DNA of 63,554 nt, the filler included, from Chiloscyllium plagiosum (lineage: Eukaryota), in NCBI RefSeq assembly GCF_004010195.1. It is 5 parts of one record of this genome, joined end to end, with 100 filler letters (N's around TTAATTAATTAA, not from the genome) between each part and the next. Parts side by side here need not be neighbours in the genome. Positions count along the whole stretch, not along the records: positions 48,716 to 60,730 come from NC_057712.1; positions 60,831 to 63,554 come from NC_057712.1; 3 more parts are not named here. One strand, written 5' to 3'. Below the pieces are notes generated by a model. The model made no database searches. It saw only the letters and a program-made list of their open reading frames with translations, and had not been told where the DNA came from. The position numbers and the translations under genes were made by a program. This document shows positions 49,208-60,950 of this stretch, one piece after another. Within the stretch, counting starts at the first letter, position 1, and the number at the start of each line of letters is the position of its first letter.

Positions 49208-50995
49208 TGTCACTCCATTTGTCACTTCTCAGCCCAGTTCTGCAGCTTATCTATGTCCCTCTGTAACCTAGAGCATCCTTCATCATTATCCACAACTCTA
49301 ACAGCCTTAGTGTCATCTGCAAATTTACTAACTCCTCCTTCTATGCCCTCATCCACATCATTTACATAAATGACAAACAGTGGAGCCAAAACAGAGCCTT
49401 GTGGTACTCCACTAGGAACTGAACTCCAGGATGAATATTTCCCATCAACCACCACCCTCTGTATTCTTTCAGCTAGCCAATTTCTGATCCAAACTGCTAA
49501 ATCACCCTCAATCCCATGCTTCTGTATTTTGTGTGGTAGCTTACCATGGGGAACCTTATCAAGCGCCTTACTGAAATCCATATACACCACATCAACCAGT
49601 TTTACCCTCACCCACCTGTTTGGTCACTTCTCAAAGAACTCGAGAAGGTTTGTGAGGCACGACCTAGCCTTCATAAAACCGTGTTGACTATCCATAATCA
49701 ACTTATTCCTCTCTAGATGATTATAAATCCTATCTCTTATAACCCTTTACAACACTTTACCCACAACCAAAACAAGGCTCACTGGTCTATAATTTCCAGG
49801 GATATCTCTACTCCCCTTCTTCAACATGGGAACAACATTTGCTATCCTCCTGTCTTCTGGCACTATTCCTGCAGACAATGACAACATAAAGATCAAAGCC
49901 AAAGGCTCAGCAATCTCCTCCCTGGCTTCCCAGAGAATACTATGATAAATCCCATCTGGCCCAGGAGACTTAACTATTTTTTACACTTTCCAAAATTGCT
50001 CTCACCTCCTCCTTATGCACCTCAATCCCATCTGGTCTAGTAGCCTGTATTGCAGTAATCTCCCTGACCACATTGTCTTTTTCTACTGTGAACATTGACA
50101 AAAATTATACATTTAGTGCTTCCCCTATCTCCTCTGACTCCACACACAAATTCCCACTATTATACTCAATTAGCCCTAATCCTCCTCTAGTCATTCTTTG
50201 TTCCTGATATACCTATAGAAAGCTTTAGAATTTTCCTTGATCCTACCTGCCAATGACTTTTCATGTTCCCTCCTGGCTTTTCTTCGCTCCCTCTTTAGGT
50301 CTTCCCTGGCTAACTTGTAACTCTCAAGCGCCCTAACTGAGCCATCACATCTCATCCAAACATAAGCTTTCTTCTTCCTCTTGACAAGAGATTCAACTTC
50401 CTTAGTAAACCATGGCTCCCATGCTCAACAACTTCTTCCCTGCCTGACCAGTACATATTCACCAAGGAAACGCAGTAGCTGTTCCTTGAATAAGCTCCAC
50501 ATTTCTATTGTGCCCATCCCCTGCAGTTTCCTTCCCCATTCTATGCATCCTAAATCTTGCCTAATTGCACTGTAATTGTCTTTCCCCCAAGCTATAACTC
50601 CTGCTTTGCGGCATATATCTATCTCTTTCCATCACAAAAGTAAACATAAACAAATTGTGGTCACTATCAAAGTGGTCACCTACCTCCAAATTAACACCTG
50701 GCCGAGTTCATTTCCCAGTACCAGATCTAATGTGGCCTTGCCCCTTGTTGGCCTGTCTACATACAGTGTCAGGAAACCCTCATGCAGACATTGAACAAAA
50801 ACTGACCCATGTAAAGTACTTGATACATAGTATTCCCAGTCAATATTTGGAAAGTTAAAGACCCCATAACAATACCCTGTCACTCTTGCTCCTATCGATG
50901 ATCATCTTTGCTATCCTATCCTCTACATCTCTGGAACTATTTGAGACCTATAGAAAACTCTCAACAGAGTAATCTCTCCTTTCCTGTTTCTAATC
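49208..50995 (-). mobile_element. CR1 ORF2 fragment (APE end to RT)
   Basis: [22 protein letters not shown] and KFADDTK on the minus strand; FNFPNIDWE. Confidence 0.9.
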
Positions 50996-50999
50996 TCTA

Positions 51000-53462
51000 A
51001 CAAGAGATCAATTAGCTGAACATCTGTTGTTGGAAAAATGTTGGAATTAATTAATAAGAAAGTATTAGGAGCATATTTGGGAAATCATAATCTAATCAAA
51101 CAATCAACATGGCTGCAAGGAAGGAAAATCTTACCTGACCATTAAATTAGAGTTTTTTGAAGAAGTCTCAACCATAGTGGATAGAAGAAAAGCAATAGAT
51201 ATGTTGTAGTTAGACTTCCAGAAGACATTCAACAATGGTTAAGTCATAAGAACCCAAGATATTTGGGGCAGTAGTATATTGGCATGGATAGAGAATTGAT
51301 TAATGGGCAGGAAACAGCAAGTTGTGATTAGGCGGTACTTTGTCAGGTCAGCAACTTGTAACAAGTGGGGCTCCACAGGGATCAGTGGTGAGCACAACTG
51401 TTTACAACGTATATTATTGACTTGGAGGAAGGAAGCAAATGTAATATCTCCAAATTTGCAGATAACACCAGAATAGGTGGAAATGCTAATTGTAAGTGGA
51501 AGTGGAATCTCTGGTCAAGAAGATGAAGAAGGCTTATGTTAGGATGAGATGTGAAGGCTCAGTTAGGGCGCTTGAGGATTACAAGGTAACCAGGAAAGAC
51601 CTAAAGAGAGAGCTCAGAAGAGCCAGGAGGATGCATGAGAAGTTGTTGGCGGATAGGATCAGGGTAAACCCTAAGGCTTTCTTTAGGTATTTAAGGAATA
51701 AAAGAATGACGAGAGTAAGATTAGGGCCAATCAAGGATAATAGTGGGAAGTTGTGTGGAGTCAGGGGAGATAGGGAAGCACTAAATGAATATTTTTCAAC
51801 AGTATTCACTCTAGAAAACGACAATGTTGTCGAGGAGAATACTGAGATATAGGCTACTAGATTAGGTGGGATTGAGGTTCACAAGGAAGAGGTATTAGAA
51901 ATCCTGCAGAGTGTGAAAATAGATAAGTCCCGTGGGCCAGATGGGATTTATCCTAGGATCCTCTGGGAAGCCAGGGAGGAGATTGCTGAGCCTGTGGCTT
52001 TGAGCTTTAAATCATCATTGTCTACAGGAATAGTGCCAGAAGACTGAAGGATAGCAAATGTGGCTCCCCTGTTCAAGAAGGGGAGTAGAGACAACCCTTT
52101 AATTATAGACCAGTGAGCCTTACTTCAGTTGTTGGTAAAGTGTTGGAAAAGGTTATAAGAGAGGGGATTTATAATCATCTAGAAAAGAATAATTTGATTA
52201 GGGATAGTCAGCACGGTTTTGTAAAGGGTAGGTCGTGCTTCACAAACCTTATTGAGTTCTTTGAGAACGTGACCAAACAGGTAGATCAGAGTAAACCGGT
52301 TGATGTGGTGTATATGGATTTCAGCAAGGAGTTCGATAAGGTTCCCCACAGTAGGCTATTGTACAAAATGTGGAGGAATGGGATTGTGGGAGATATAGCA
52401 GTTTGGATCAGTTACTGGCTTGCTGAAAGAAGTCAGAGGGTGGTGGTTCATGGGAAATGTTCATCCTGGAGTCCAGCCACTAGTGGTGTACCGCAAGGGT
52501 CAGTGTTGGATCCACTGCTGTTAGTCATTTTTATAAATGACCTGGATGAGGGCATAGAAGGGTGGGTTAGTAAATTCGCAGACGACACTAAGATCGATGG
52601 AGTTGTGGATAGTGATGAAGGTTACAGAGAGACATAGATAAGCTGCAGAGCTGGGCTGAGAGGTGGCAAATGGAGTTTAATGCAGACAAGTGTGAGGTGA
52701 TTCACTTTGGTCGGAGTAACCGGAATGCAAAGTACTGGGCTAATGGTAAGATTCTTGGTAGTGTAGATGAGCAGAGAGATCTCGGTGTCCATGTACACAG
52801 ATCCTTAAAAGTTGCCACCCAGGTTGACAGGGTTGTTAAGAAGGCATACAGTGTTTTAGCTTTTATTAATAGAGGGATCGAGTTCCAGAACCATGAGGTT
52901 ATGCTGCAGCTGTACAAAACTCTGGTGCGGCCGCACTTGTAGTATTGTGCACAATTCTGTCACCACATTATAAGAAGGATGTAGAAGCTTTGGAAAGGGT
53001 GCAGAGGAGATTTACTAGGATGTTGCCTGGTATGGAGGGGAAGGTCTTATGAGGAAAGGCTGAGGGACTTGAGGCTATTTTCGTTGGAGAGAAGAAGGTT
53101 GAGAGCTGACTTAATAGAGACATATAAGATAATCAGAGGGTTAGATAGGGTGGACAGGGAGAGCCTTTTTCCAAGTATGGTGACGGCGAGCACGAGGGAA
53201 CATAGCTTTAAATTGAGGGTTGATAGATATAGGACAGATGTCAGAGGTAGTTTCTTTACTCAGAGAGTAGTAAGGGCATGCAATGCTTTGCCTGCAACGG
53301 TGGTAGATTCGCCAACTTTAAGTGCATTCAAGTCGTCATTGGACAAACATATGGACGTACATGGAATAGTGTAGGTTAGATGGGCTTCAGATTGGTATGA
53401 CTGGTCGGCACAACATCGAGGGCCGAAGGGCCTGTACTGCACTGTAATGTTCTATGTTCTAT
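51000..53462 (+). mobile_element. Old CR1 RT remnant (51000-51495) followed by a younger 5'-truncated CR1 (51496-53462)
   Basis: [18 protein letters not shown] and KFADDTK motifs with a TGTTCTATG tail. Confidence 0.9.
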
Positions 53463-53481
53463 GTAATCGGGATACAAACAG

Positions 53482-53785
53482 TTTAGATTAGATTCCATAC
53501 AGTGTGGAAACAGGCCCTTCGGCCCAACCAGTCCACACCAACCCTCTGAAAAGTAACCCACCCAGACCATTTCCCTCTGACTAATGCACCTAATGCTATA
53601 GGCAATTTGCCTGACCTGCACATCTTCGGACTGTGGGAGGAAACCAGAGCACCCCGGTGGAAACCCATGCAGACACAGGAAGAATGTGCAAACTCCACAC
53701 AGACAGTTGCCCAAGGCTGGAATTGAACTTGGTATCCTGGTGCTGTGAGGCAGCAGTGCTAACCACTGAGTCACCGTGCCACCCT
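53482..53785 (-). mobile_element. HE1-like V-SINE
   Basis: Reverse tRNA head, V-domain and AATCT tail. Confidence 0.9.
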
Positions 53786-54331
53786 GTGTGGTTGATAGTC
53801 TTTGAAACTCCTTGTTACAGAAAGCTGTGGGTCAGATTCCTTGTGTAAATTTAGATAAATAAATTCTTAAATGGGATAGATACATTCTTAATAAGTTGGG
53901 GAAAGTAGGAATTTAGGGAAATGTAGTGAAGTGAAAATGAAGAATGTTGGATCAGCCATGTTCATATTGAATGGCAGAGCATGCTCAAGAGGCCAAACGA
54001 CCTACTCGTGGTCCTATTTCCTCTGGCCTTATGGTCTTATTCTGGGTGCAAAGCTTTTAACTACTTAATTAACCTTTCTATGTCCCTCTGCAAATTCCTT
54101 GAGACATCCCTCATCATTTACCTCCCCACCTATTTTTGTGTCGCCACAAATTTGACAATAATGCATTCATTTTCCTCATCCATTCATTAATACATTATAA
54201 ATAATTGTGGCCCCAGAACTGACCTCTGTGGCACTCCAGGTTGCCATTCTAAAAATACCCCCCTGCTCTAACTTATCCTCTGCCTATGCTAATATATACA
54301 TCTAACACCATTGGTCTTTTTCTTATTCAGT

Positions 54332-54432
54332 GATCTTAGTTCTGATGAAGGGTTTATGCCCGAAACATTGACTCTCCTGCTACTCGGATGCTGCCTGACC
54401 TGCTGTGCTTTTCCAGCACCACACTTTTCAAA
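54332..54432 (+). mobile_element. 101-bp hammerhead-bearing insertion with 11-bp TSD
   Basis: TCTTATTCAGT at 54321-54331 and 54433-54443. Core CUGAUGA-A-GGGU-UUAU-GCCC-GAAA-CAUU starts at 54342. Confidence 0.8.
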
Positions 54433-54939
54433 TCTTATTCAGTAGCCCAACAAATAGTGCATTATTAAATACCTTCTGGAAATCTAAACCTACACAGCTT
54501 CTTCTGTATGTATCCTGCTTGCTACATCTTCCAAGAATTCCTTTAAATCTGCCAGGCTCTGACTTTACTCTCAGTACAGAAGAGTCATTTTCTCATTTTC
54601 ACACCCTCTTTACATTTTTATCTTTCCCACCATCATTAGCAACCCCTTTTTCCTTTACTGTGAGAGATCTTATAATCTTTTCCACTTGCTCATCACCCAA
54701 ACAAAAAAGAAACATCATTTTTAGTTCTGAAGTGGAGTCATATCAGACTTGAAATATTGACTCTGTTTGTGTCTCCACAAATGCTGCTTGACCTACAGAG
54801 TTTCCCCAGCCCTTTGGTTTTACACACACTCCTGAATTATACCTTGTAGCAGATTAATGATAAGTTTCCCTGAATCTTGGGCTGCTCATGTCACAAGATA
54901 GTATACATATCCTTTCTTTTAAGTATCATGCATTTATTT

Positions 54940-55025
54940 CACCCAGAATAGGAATTGACCTGACACAGCTGGAATAATTCAGAACTACAAGCTGACTATC
55001 TAGCCAATTGAGCTAACCAGTCCTC
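54940..55025 (-). mobile_element. Old tRNA-derived SINE head (LF-SINE-like); related copy at about 37860-37940
   Basis: Reverse GGTTAGCTCAATTGGCTAGA...GGTCAATTCC A and B boxes. Confidence 0.45.
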
Positions 55026-55197
55026 AGACATAGCTTGGCATATGTCCCCATAGGTATTGCTCTTGTGAATTGTTTTATTAAATTTGATGTTGCTCATTAT
55101 CCTCTGAGGAATGTGCCTTAATGAGTTTTACAAATTTCTTCATAACAATCTCAGCACATTTAAAACCAAAATTAAACATTTACAACAGTATCAGTAC

Positions 55198-55307
55198 CTT
55201 TGTCCACTGCCAAAGGACTCTGCTTGCAGGAACAAGTTTTGATATCATTTCACAGATTGAAGGAGTGAAGTTTCTGGAAGATTGAAAGTATCCATTTCCA
55301 ATAATTC
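55198..55307 (-). CDS. DNAH8: Dynein heavy chain exon, 110 nt, phase 1 to 0 (absent from ORF track)
   Basis: TTTTTATTTACAG acceptor and GTACTG donor. Reads (G)IIGNGYFQSSRNFTPSICEMISKLVPASRVLWQWTK and joins both neighbouring exons in frame. Confidence 0.9.
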
Positions 55308-56252
55308 CTGTAAATAAAAATAAAATCCCAGAGTTGTTACTTGCAGTTTTGACAATTCACCAGTCAACTTTTATTTTCTTACTTAAAGAATAAATAGTTT
55401 TCATTCAGACAGCATCATTATCTAAGATTAGGTTGATAGAATTCTAGATATTAATAAGAGAACTTGAGAATCATGTGGAAAAAGGATATTGTTTGGACTG
55501 CCCAATGGCCAACCTGCAAAGGAAAGAAGCTTTTCAGTTTAGCTGTTTCTGCGAAAAATCCTTGTTATGGGTTTGATATGTTACCTCAAGCCAGAGTTCA
55601 GCTACTCTTGTGTGAATATCCCAAATAGTTTATCAACAATTCCTGAACGACTACATCTCCAAAGTTCTCCAGCAACAACTGCATGTGTTCAGCAACACGT
55701 CTGTGCGCTCAAAGATCAGATTGAAATCTATTTCAATATCTCAAATACTATTTTATTTTGTCCTCAAGAACTGAGACATATTAGCCGAAGTGTTCCTTTT
55801 ATAAAGTGAACTTCTGCAGCCAGAAAGATTTTTAAGTATGCATAGATTTGTTAGAGGGTAATATATTTTCATTTTGTAAACTGTGTTCACGGGTGCTTGC
55901 ATTTCATTCAATTAGTTTTATATTATAATGAATCAACAATTTTGTGCTCATTAAAGATTGGTTAGTTCTGAAGAAGAGTCACAGGACTCAAAATGTTACT
56001 TCTGTTTTCTCTTCACAGATGCTGTCAGATCTTTTGAATTTCTCCATCAATTTCTGTTTTTGTATTATTTAGATTAGCTGGTTTTTCTACTCATTGTCAA
56101 ACAAAATGTTTTGATAAGGATTTATTTTCTCTGACATGAAGCTAGTATTACAATTCACACCTCATAATATTTTTTAATAGGTATAGTATACAACAGGAAA
56201 ACTTGCTTGAAAATTATTCCAATTTTAGAAGCAGTTGAGATTTGACTGTTAC

Positions 56253-56466
56253 CAAAGATTTTGTCAATTGAAGCATTGGTGGGTAATGTACAGTTGAAGA
56301 CAGTGAACTGCCTCTTTAACCGTTGTGGAATATCATTGCGTCCCCCTCCAGGGTGGATCATTGCAGCCATTAGTTGCACATCAACAATTTTCGTAAAGTC
56401 TCCTGGTTTATCCAAATTGTACATTCCATGCATTTCTATCATCTGACGCACTATTTCATTAGTGAT
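56253..56466 (-). CDS. DNAH8: Axonemal dynein heavy chain exon (AAA3 region), 214 nt, phase 0 to 1
   Basis: Reads [71 protein letters not shown](G). Polypyrimidine-CAG acceptor at 56467-56468 and GTAAC donor at 56251-56252. Closer to recalled DNAH8 than DNAH5 ([18 protein letters not shown]). Confidence 0.9.
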
Positions 56467-56865
56467 CTGGTGAACAGAAAAAAAAACGTTATCACTTCAG
56501 AGCTAGAAGCTGGAGAAGGCAATTCAGTCCAGCTTGGCCATTTGATATGATTATGATTGATGTCACTTCAGTCTCAATGGACCTTCCTGCCTGCATTCCA
56601 TACTCCTCTAACCTAATACTCATTAAAAATCTCATTAAGACTTGAGCTCCAGGACTTTCTGCACTCATGGCCAAGCTGAACCCATACAGCTGCAACACTG
56701 GTATTTACCTGATGTGGAAAATATGCTCAGGAATATCCTGTACACAAAACAGCCAATTATCACCCCTCAGTCTACTCTGGATCATCACTGAAGTGATTGA
56801 AAGTGTCATCAACACAAATTAGAAGTCTTTCAGCAAGTAACTCATCTCCTGAATCCCCAGTCTAT

Positions 56866-57272
56866 CCACCACCTACAATAAAATGTAATAGAACTGAGTG
56901 CTGAGTTTGATGGATTTTACTGAGACAAGGTGGGGGGGAAGGGAAATGAGGAAACTGGTGAAACCCGAGTTCATCCCTTGTGATTGGAGGGTTCCTAGGC
57001 GGGAGATGAGGCGCTCTTCCTCCAACCGTCGTGTTGTTGTGGTCTGGCGATGGAGGAGTCCAAAGTCCTGCATATCCTTGGTGGAGTCCAAAGAGCTGCA
57101 TATCCACACACATCATCTATTGCATCCTCTGCATCCGATGTGGCCTCCTCTATATTGGGGAGACAGGCCGCCTACTTGTGGAGCGTTTCAGAGAACACCT
57201 CTGGGACACCCGGACCAACCAACCCAACCACCCTGTGGCTCAACACTTCAACTCCCCCTCCCACTCCACCAT
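56866..57272. mobile_element. Inverted Penelope GIY-YIG fragment pair
   Basis: Minus arm RRLEEERLISRLGTLQSQGMN and plus arm IIYCILCIRCGLLYIGETGRLLVERFREH...VAQHFNSPSH. Confidence 0.85.
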
Positions 57273-57344
57273 ACCCCACTAGCCTGGATTAATGCAGCCC
57301 CAATCATAATCAAGAAGCATGACACCATCCAGGACAAAGCACTT

Positions 57345-57924
57345 AGAGTCATAGAGTCATAGAGATGTACAGCATGGAAACAGACCCTTCGGTCCAACCC
57401 GTCCATGCCGACCAGACATTCCAACCCAAACTAGTCCCACCAGCCAGCACCCGGCCCATATCCCTCCAAACCCTTTCTATTCGTATACCCATCCAAAAGA
57501 CTCTTAAATGCTGTATTGTACCAGCCTCCACCACATCCTCTGGCAGCTCACTCCATACACGTACCACCCTCTGCATGAAAAAGTTGCCCCTTAGGTCTCT
57601 TTTATATCTTTCCCCTCTCACCCGAAACCTATGCCCTCTAGTTATGGACTCCCCGACCCCAAGGAAAAGACTTTGTCTATTTATCCTATCCATGCCCCTT
57701 ATAATTTTGTAAACCTTTATAAGGTCACCCCTCAGCCTCCGATGCTCCAGGGAAAACAGCCTCAGCCTGTTCAGCCTGTCCCTGTAGTTTAGATCCTCCA
57801 ACCCTGGCAACATCCTTGTAAATCTTTTCTGAACCCTTTCAAGTTTCACAACATCTTTCCGATAGGAAGGAGACCAGAATTGCACACAATATTCCAACAG
57901 TGGTTTAACCAATGTCTTGTACAG
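57345..57924 (-). mobile_element. Young CR1 3' end running into an N gap
   Basis: Open ORF2 C-terminus (LEYCVQFWSP, LERVQKRFTRMLPG) and a CTATGACT tail. Confidence 0.92.
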
Positions 57925-59239
57925 NNNNNNNNNNNNNNNNNNNNNNNNNNNNNNNNNNNNNNNNNNNNNNNNNNNNNNNNNNNNNNNNNNNNNNNNNNNN
58001 NNNNNNNNNNNNNNNNNNNNNNNNNNNNNNNNNNNNNNNNNNNNNNNNNNNNNNNNNNNNNNNNNNNNNNNNNNNNNNNNNNNNNNNNNNNNNNNNNNNN
58101 NNNNNNNNNNNNNNNNNNNNNNNNNNNNNNNNNNNNNNNNNNNNNNNNNNNNNNNNNNNNNNNNNNNNNNNNNNNNNNNNNNNNNNNNNNNNNNNNNNNN
58201 NNNNNNNNNNNNNNNNNNNNNNNNNNNNNNNNNNNNNNNNNNNNNNNNNNNNNNNNNNNNNNNNNNNNNNNNNNNNNNNNNNNNNNNNNNNNNNNNNNNN
58301 NNNNNNNNNNNNNNNNNNNNNNNNNNNNNNNNNNNNNNNNNNNNNNNNNNNNNNNNNNNNNNNNNNNNNNNNNNNNNNNNNNNNNNNNNNNNNNNNNNNN
58401 NNNNNNNNNNNNNNNNNNNNNNNNNNNNNNNNNNNNNNNNNNNNNNNNNNNNNNNNNNNNNNNNNNNNNNNNNNNNNNNNNNNNNNNNNNNNNNNNNNNN
58501 NNNNNNNNNNNNNNNNNNNNNNNNNNNNNNNNNNNNNNNNNNNNNNNNNNNNNNNNNNNNNNNNNNNNNNNNNNNNNNNNNNNNNNNNNNNNNNNNNNNN
58601 NNNNNNNNNNNNNNNNNNNNNNNNNNNNNNNNNNNNNNNNNNNNNNNNNNNNNNNNNNNNNNNNNNNNNNNNNNNNNNNNNNNNNNNNNNNNNNNNNNNN
58701 NNNNGGGGAGGGGCGTGGGAAATGCGATAGGTGGAAAGAGGTCAAGGTGAGGGTGATAGGTCAGACTGGGGTGGGGGCGGAGAGGCCAGGAAGAAGATTG
58801 CAGGTTAGGAAGGCGGTGCTGAGTTCAACACATTTTCAGCTCTGATCTCCAGCATCTGCAGACCTCACTTTCTCCCCAGCAATCACTTCCCTAGCTTCCC
58901 ACAGAGTTCTCGGGTACACCTGATCAGGTCCTGGGGATTTATCCACTTTTAACCCTTTCAAGACATCCAGCACTTCCTCCTCTGTAATCTGGACATTTTG
59001 CAAGGTGTCACCATTTATTTCCCTACAGTCTATATCTTCCATATCCTTTTCCATGGTAAATACTGATGCAAACTATTCATTTAGTATCTCCCCCATTTTC
59101 TGTGGCTCCACACAACGGCCACCTTGCTGATCTTTGAGGGGCTCTATTTTCTCCCTAGTTACCCTTTTGTCCTTAATATATTTGTAAAAACCCTTTGGAT
59201 TCTCCTTAATTCTATTTGCCAAAGCTAACTCATGTCCCC

Positions 59240-60730
59240 GTTGTTGTGGTTCTGTTCGCCGAGCTGGGAATTTGTGTTGCAGACATTTCGACCCTGTCTA
59301 GGTGACATCCTCAGTGCATGGGAGCCTCCTGTGAAGCGCTTCTGTGATGTTTCCTCTGGCATTTATAGTGGTTTGTCTCTGCCGCTCTCAGTTGTCAGTT
59401 CCAGCTATCCGCTGAAGTGGTCGGTATATTGGGTCCAGGTTTGTTGATAGAATCTGTGGATGAGTACCATGCCTCTAGGAATTCCCTGGCTGTTCTTTGT
59501 TTGGCTTGTCCTATAATAGTAGTGTTGTACCAGTCGAACTCATGTTGCTTGTCATCCGCGTGTGTGGCTACTAAGGATAGCTGGTCGTGTCATTTCGTGG
59601 CTAGTTGGTGTTCATGAATACGGATCGTTAGCTGTCTTCCTGTTTGTCCTATGTAGTGTTTTATGCAGTCCTTGCATGGAATTTTGTATACTACATTAGT
59701 TTTGCTCATGCTGGGTATCGAGTCCTTTGTCCTGGTGAGTTGTTGTCTAGAGTGGCTGCTGGTTTGTGTGCCGTTATGAGTCCTAGTGGTCGTAGTAGTC
59801 TGGCTGTCAGTTCAGAAATGTTCTTGATGTATGGTAACGTGGCTAGTCCTTTGGGTTGTGGCATGTCCTCATTCCGTTGTCTTTCCTTTAGGCATCTGTT
59901 GATGAAATTGCGGGGGTATCCATATTTGGCGAATAAATTGTAGAGGTGTTCTTCTTCCTCTTTTTGCAGTTCTGGTATACTGCAGTGTGTTGTGGCCCTT
60001 TTGAACAGTGTCTTGATGCAACTTCTTTTGTGTGTGTTGGGGTGGTTGCTTTCGTAGTTCAGGACTTGGTCTGTGTGTGTGGCGTTCCTGTACTGGACCT
60101 GTGCCACACTTCACTTTCAACAACCAAATATATGAACAAATTAACGGCACACCCATGGGCTCACCCATCTCTGGATTCATAGCAGAAGCAATAATGCAAA
60201 GATTAGAACAAACAGTCTTACTGCAAATTGAACCCAAACTCAATGTAGATGACACCTTTGTAATCATTAGAAACACAGAAATAGAAAACATACACCGGAT
60301 CATCAATGCCACACTCAGAGGAATCAGATTCACGAGAGAGAAAGAAAAGGACAACCAACTCCCATTCCTAGACAGGATGGTACAGAGAACACCGAACAGA
60401 GAATTCACCACAAAGGTATACAGGAGAGCCAGACACACAGACCAAGTCCTGAACTACGAAAGCAACCACCCCAACATACACAAAAGAAGCTGCATCAAGA
60501 CACTGTTCAAAAGGGCCATAATACACTGCAGTACACCAGAACTGCAAAAAGAGGAAGAAGAACACCTCTACAATGTATTCGCCAAAAGCGGATACCCCCG
60601 CAATTTCATCAACAGATGCCTAAAGGAAAGACAACGGAATGAGGACATGCCACAACCCAAAGGACTAGCCACGTTACCATACATTGAAAATATTTCTGAA
60701 CTGACAGCCAGACTACTACGACCACTAGGA
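59240..60730. mobile_element. Penelope-like element in inverted arrangement (minus arm 59240-60090, plus arm 60091-60730)
   Basis: Plus arm RT FTFNNQIYEQINGTPMGSPISG...VDDTF...LPFLD. The minus arm repeats THTDQVLNYESNHP...PQPKGLATLPY, then GIY-YIG and a hammerhead terminus. Confidence 0.92.
59282..59314 (-). ncRNA. Hammerhead motif in Penelope terminus
   Basis: UGCA-CUGAGGA-UGUCACCU-AGAC-AGGGUC-GAAA-UGUC-UGCA, with a 4-bp stem I UGCA/UGCA. Confidence 0.65.
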
Positions 60731-60830
60731 NNNNNNNNNNNNNNNNNNNNNNNNNNNNNNNNNNNNNNNNNNNNTTAATTAATTAANNNNNNNNNNNNNN
60801 NNNNNNNNNNNNNNNNNNNNNNNNNNNNNN

Positions 60831-60950
60831 CCATGCTTCAGGCTCTCTGCCTTTATTCCTGATGAAGGGCTTTTGCCCGAAATGTCAATTTTGCTGCTCG
60901 TCGGATGCTGCCTGAATTGCTGTGCTCTTCCAGCACCACTGACCCAGAAT
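60831..60950 (+). mobile_element. Penelope terminus with hammerhead motif (core 60859-60886)
   Basis: CUGAUGA-A-GGGC-UUUU-GCCC-GAAA-UGUC. Confidence 0.75.

Noticed and set aside
37039..56466. DNAH5 as the gene identity
   Set aside because: Diagnostic residues ([33 protein letters not shown]) match my recollection of DNAH8 better. A phylogeny would settle it.
57846..58845. Longest ORFs in the track (272-321 aa)
   Set aside because: They are translations of the 780-nt N gap at 57925-58704.
6751..60950. Recurring short hairpin repeats as a possible CRISPR array or terminators
   Set aside because: They are dispersed, not regularly spaced, in eukaryotic context with no cas genes. Penelope hammerhead termini explain them.
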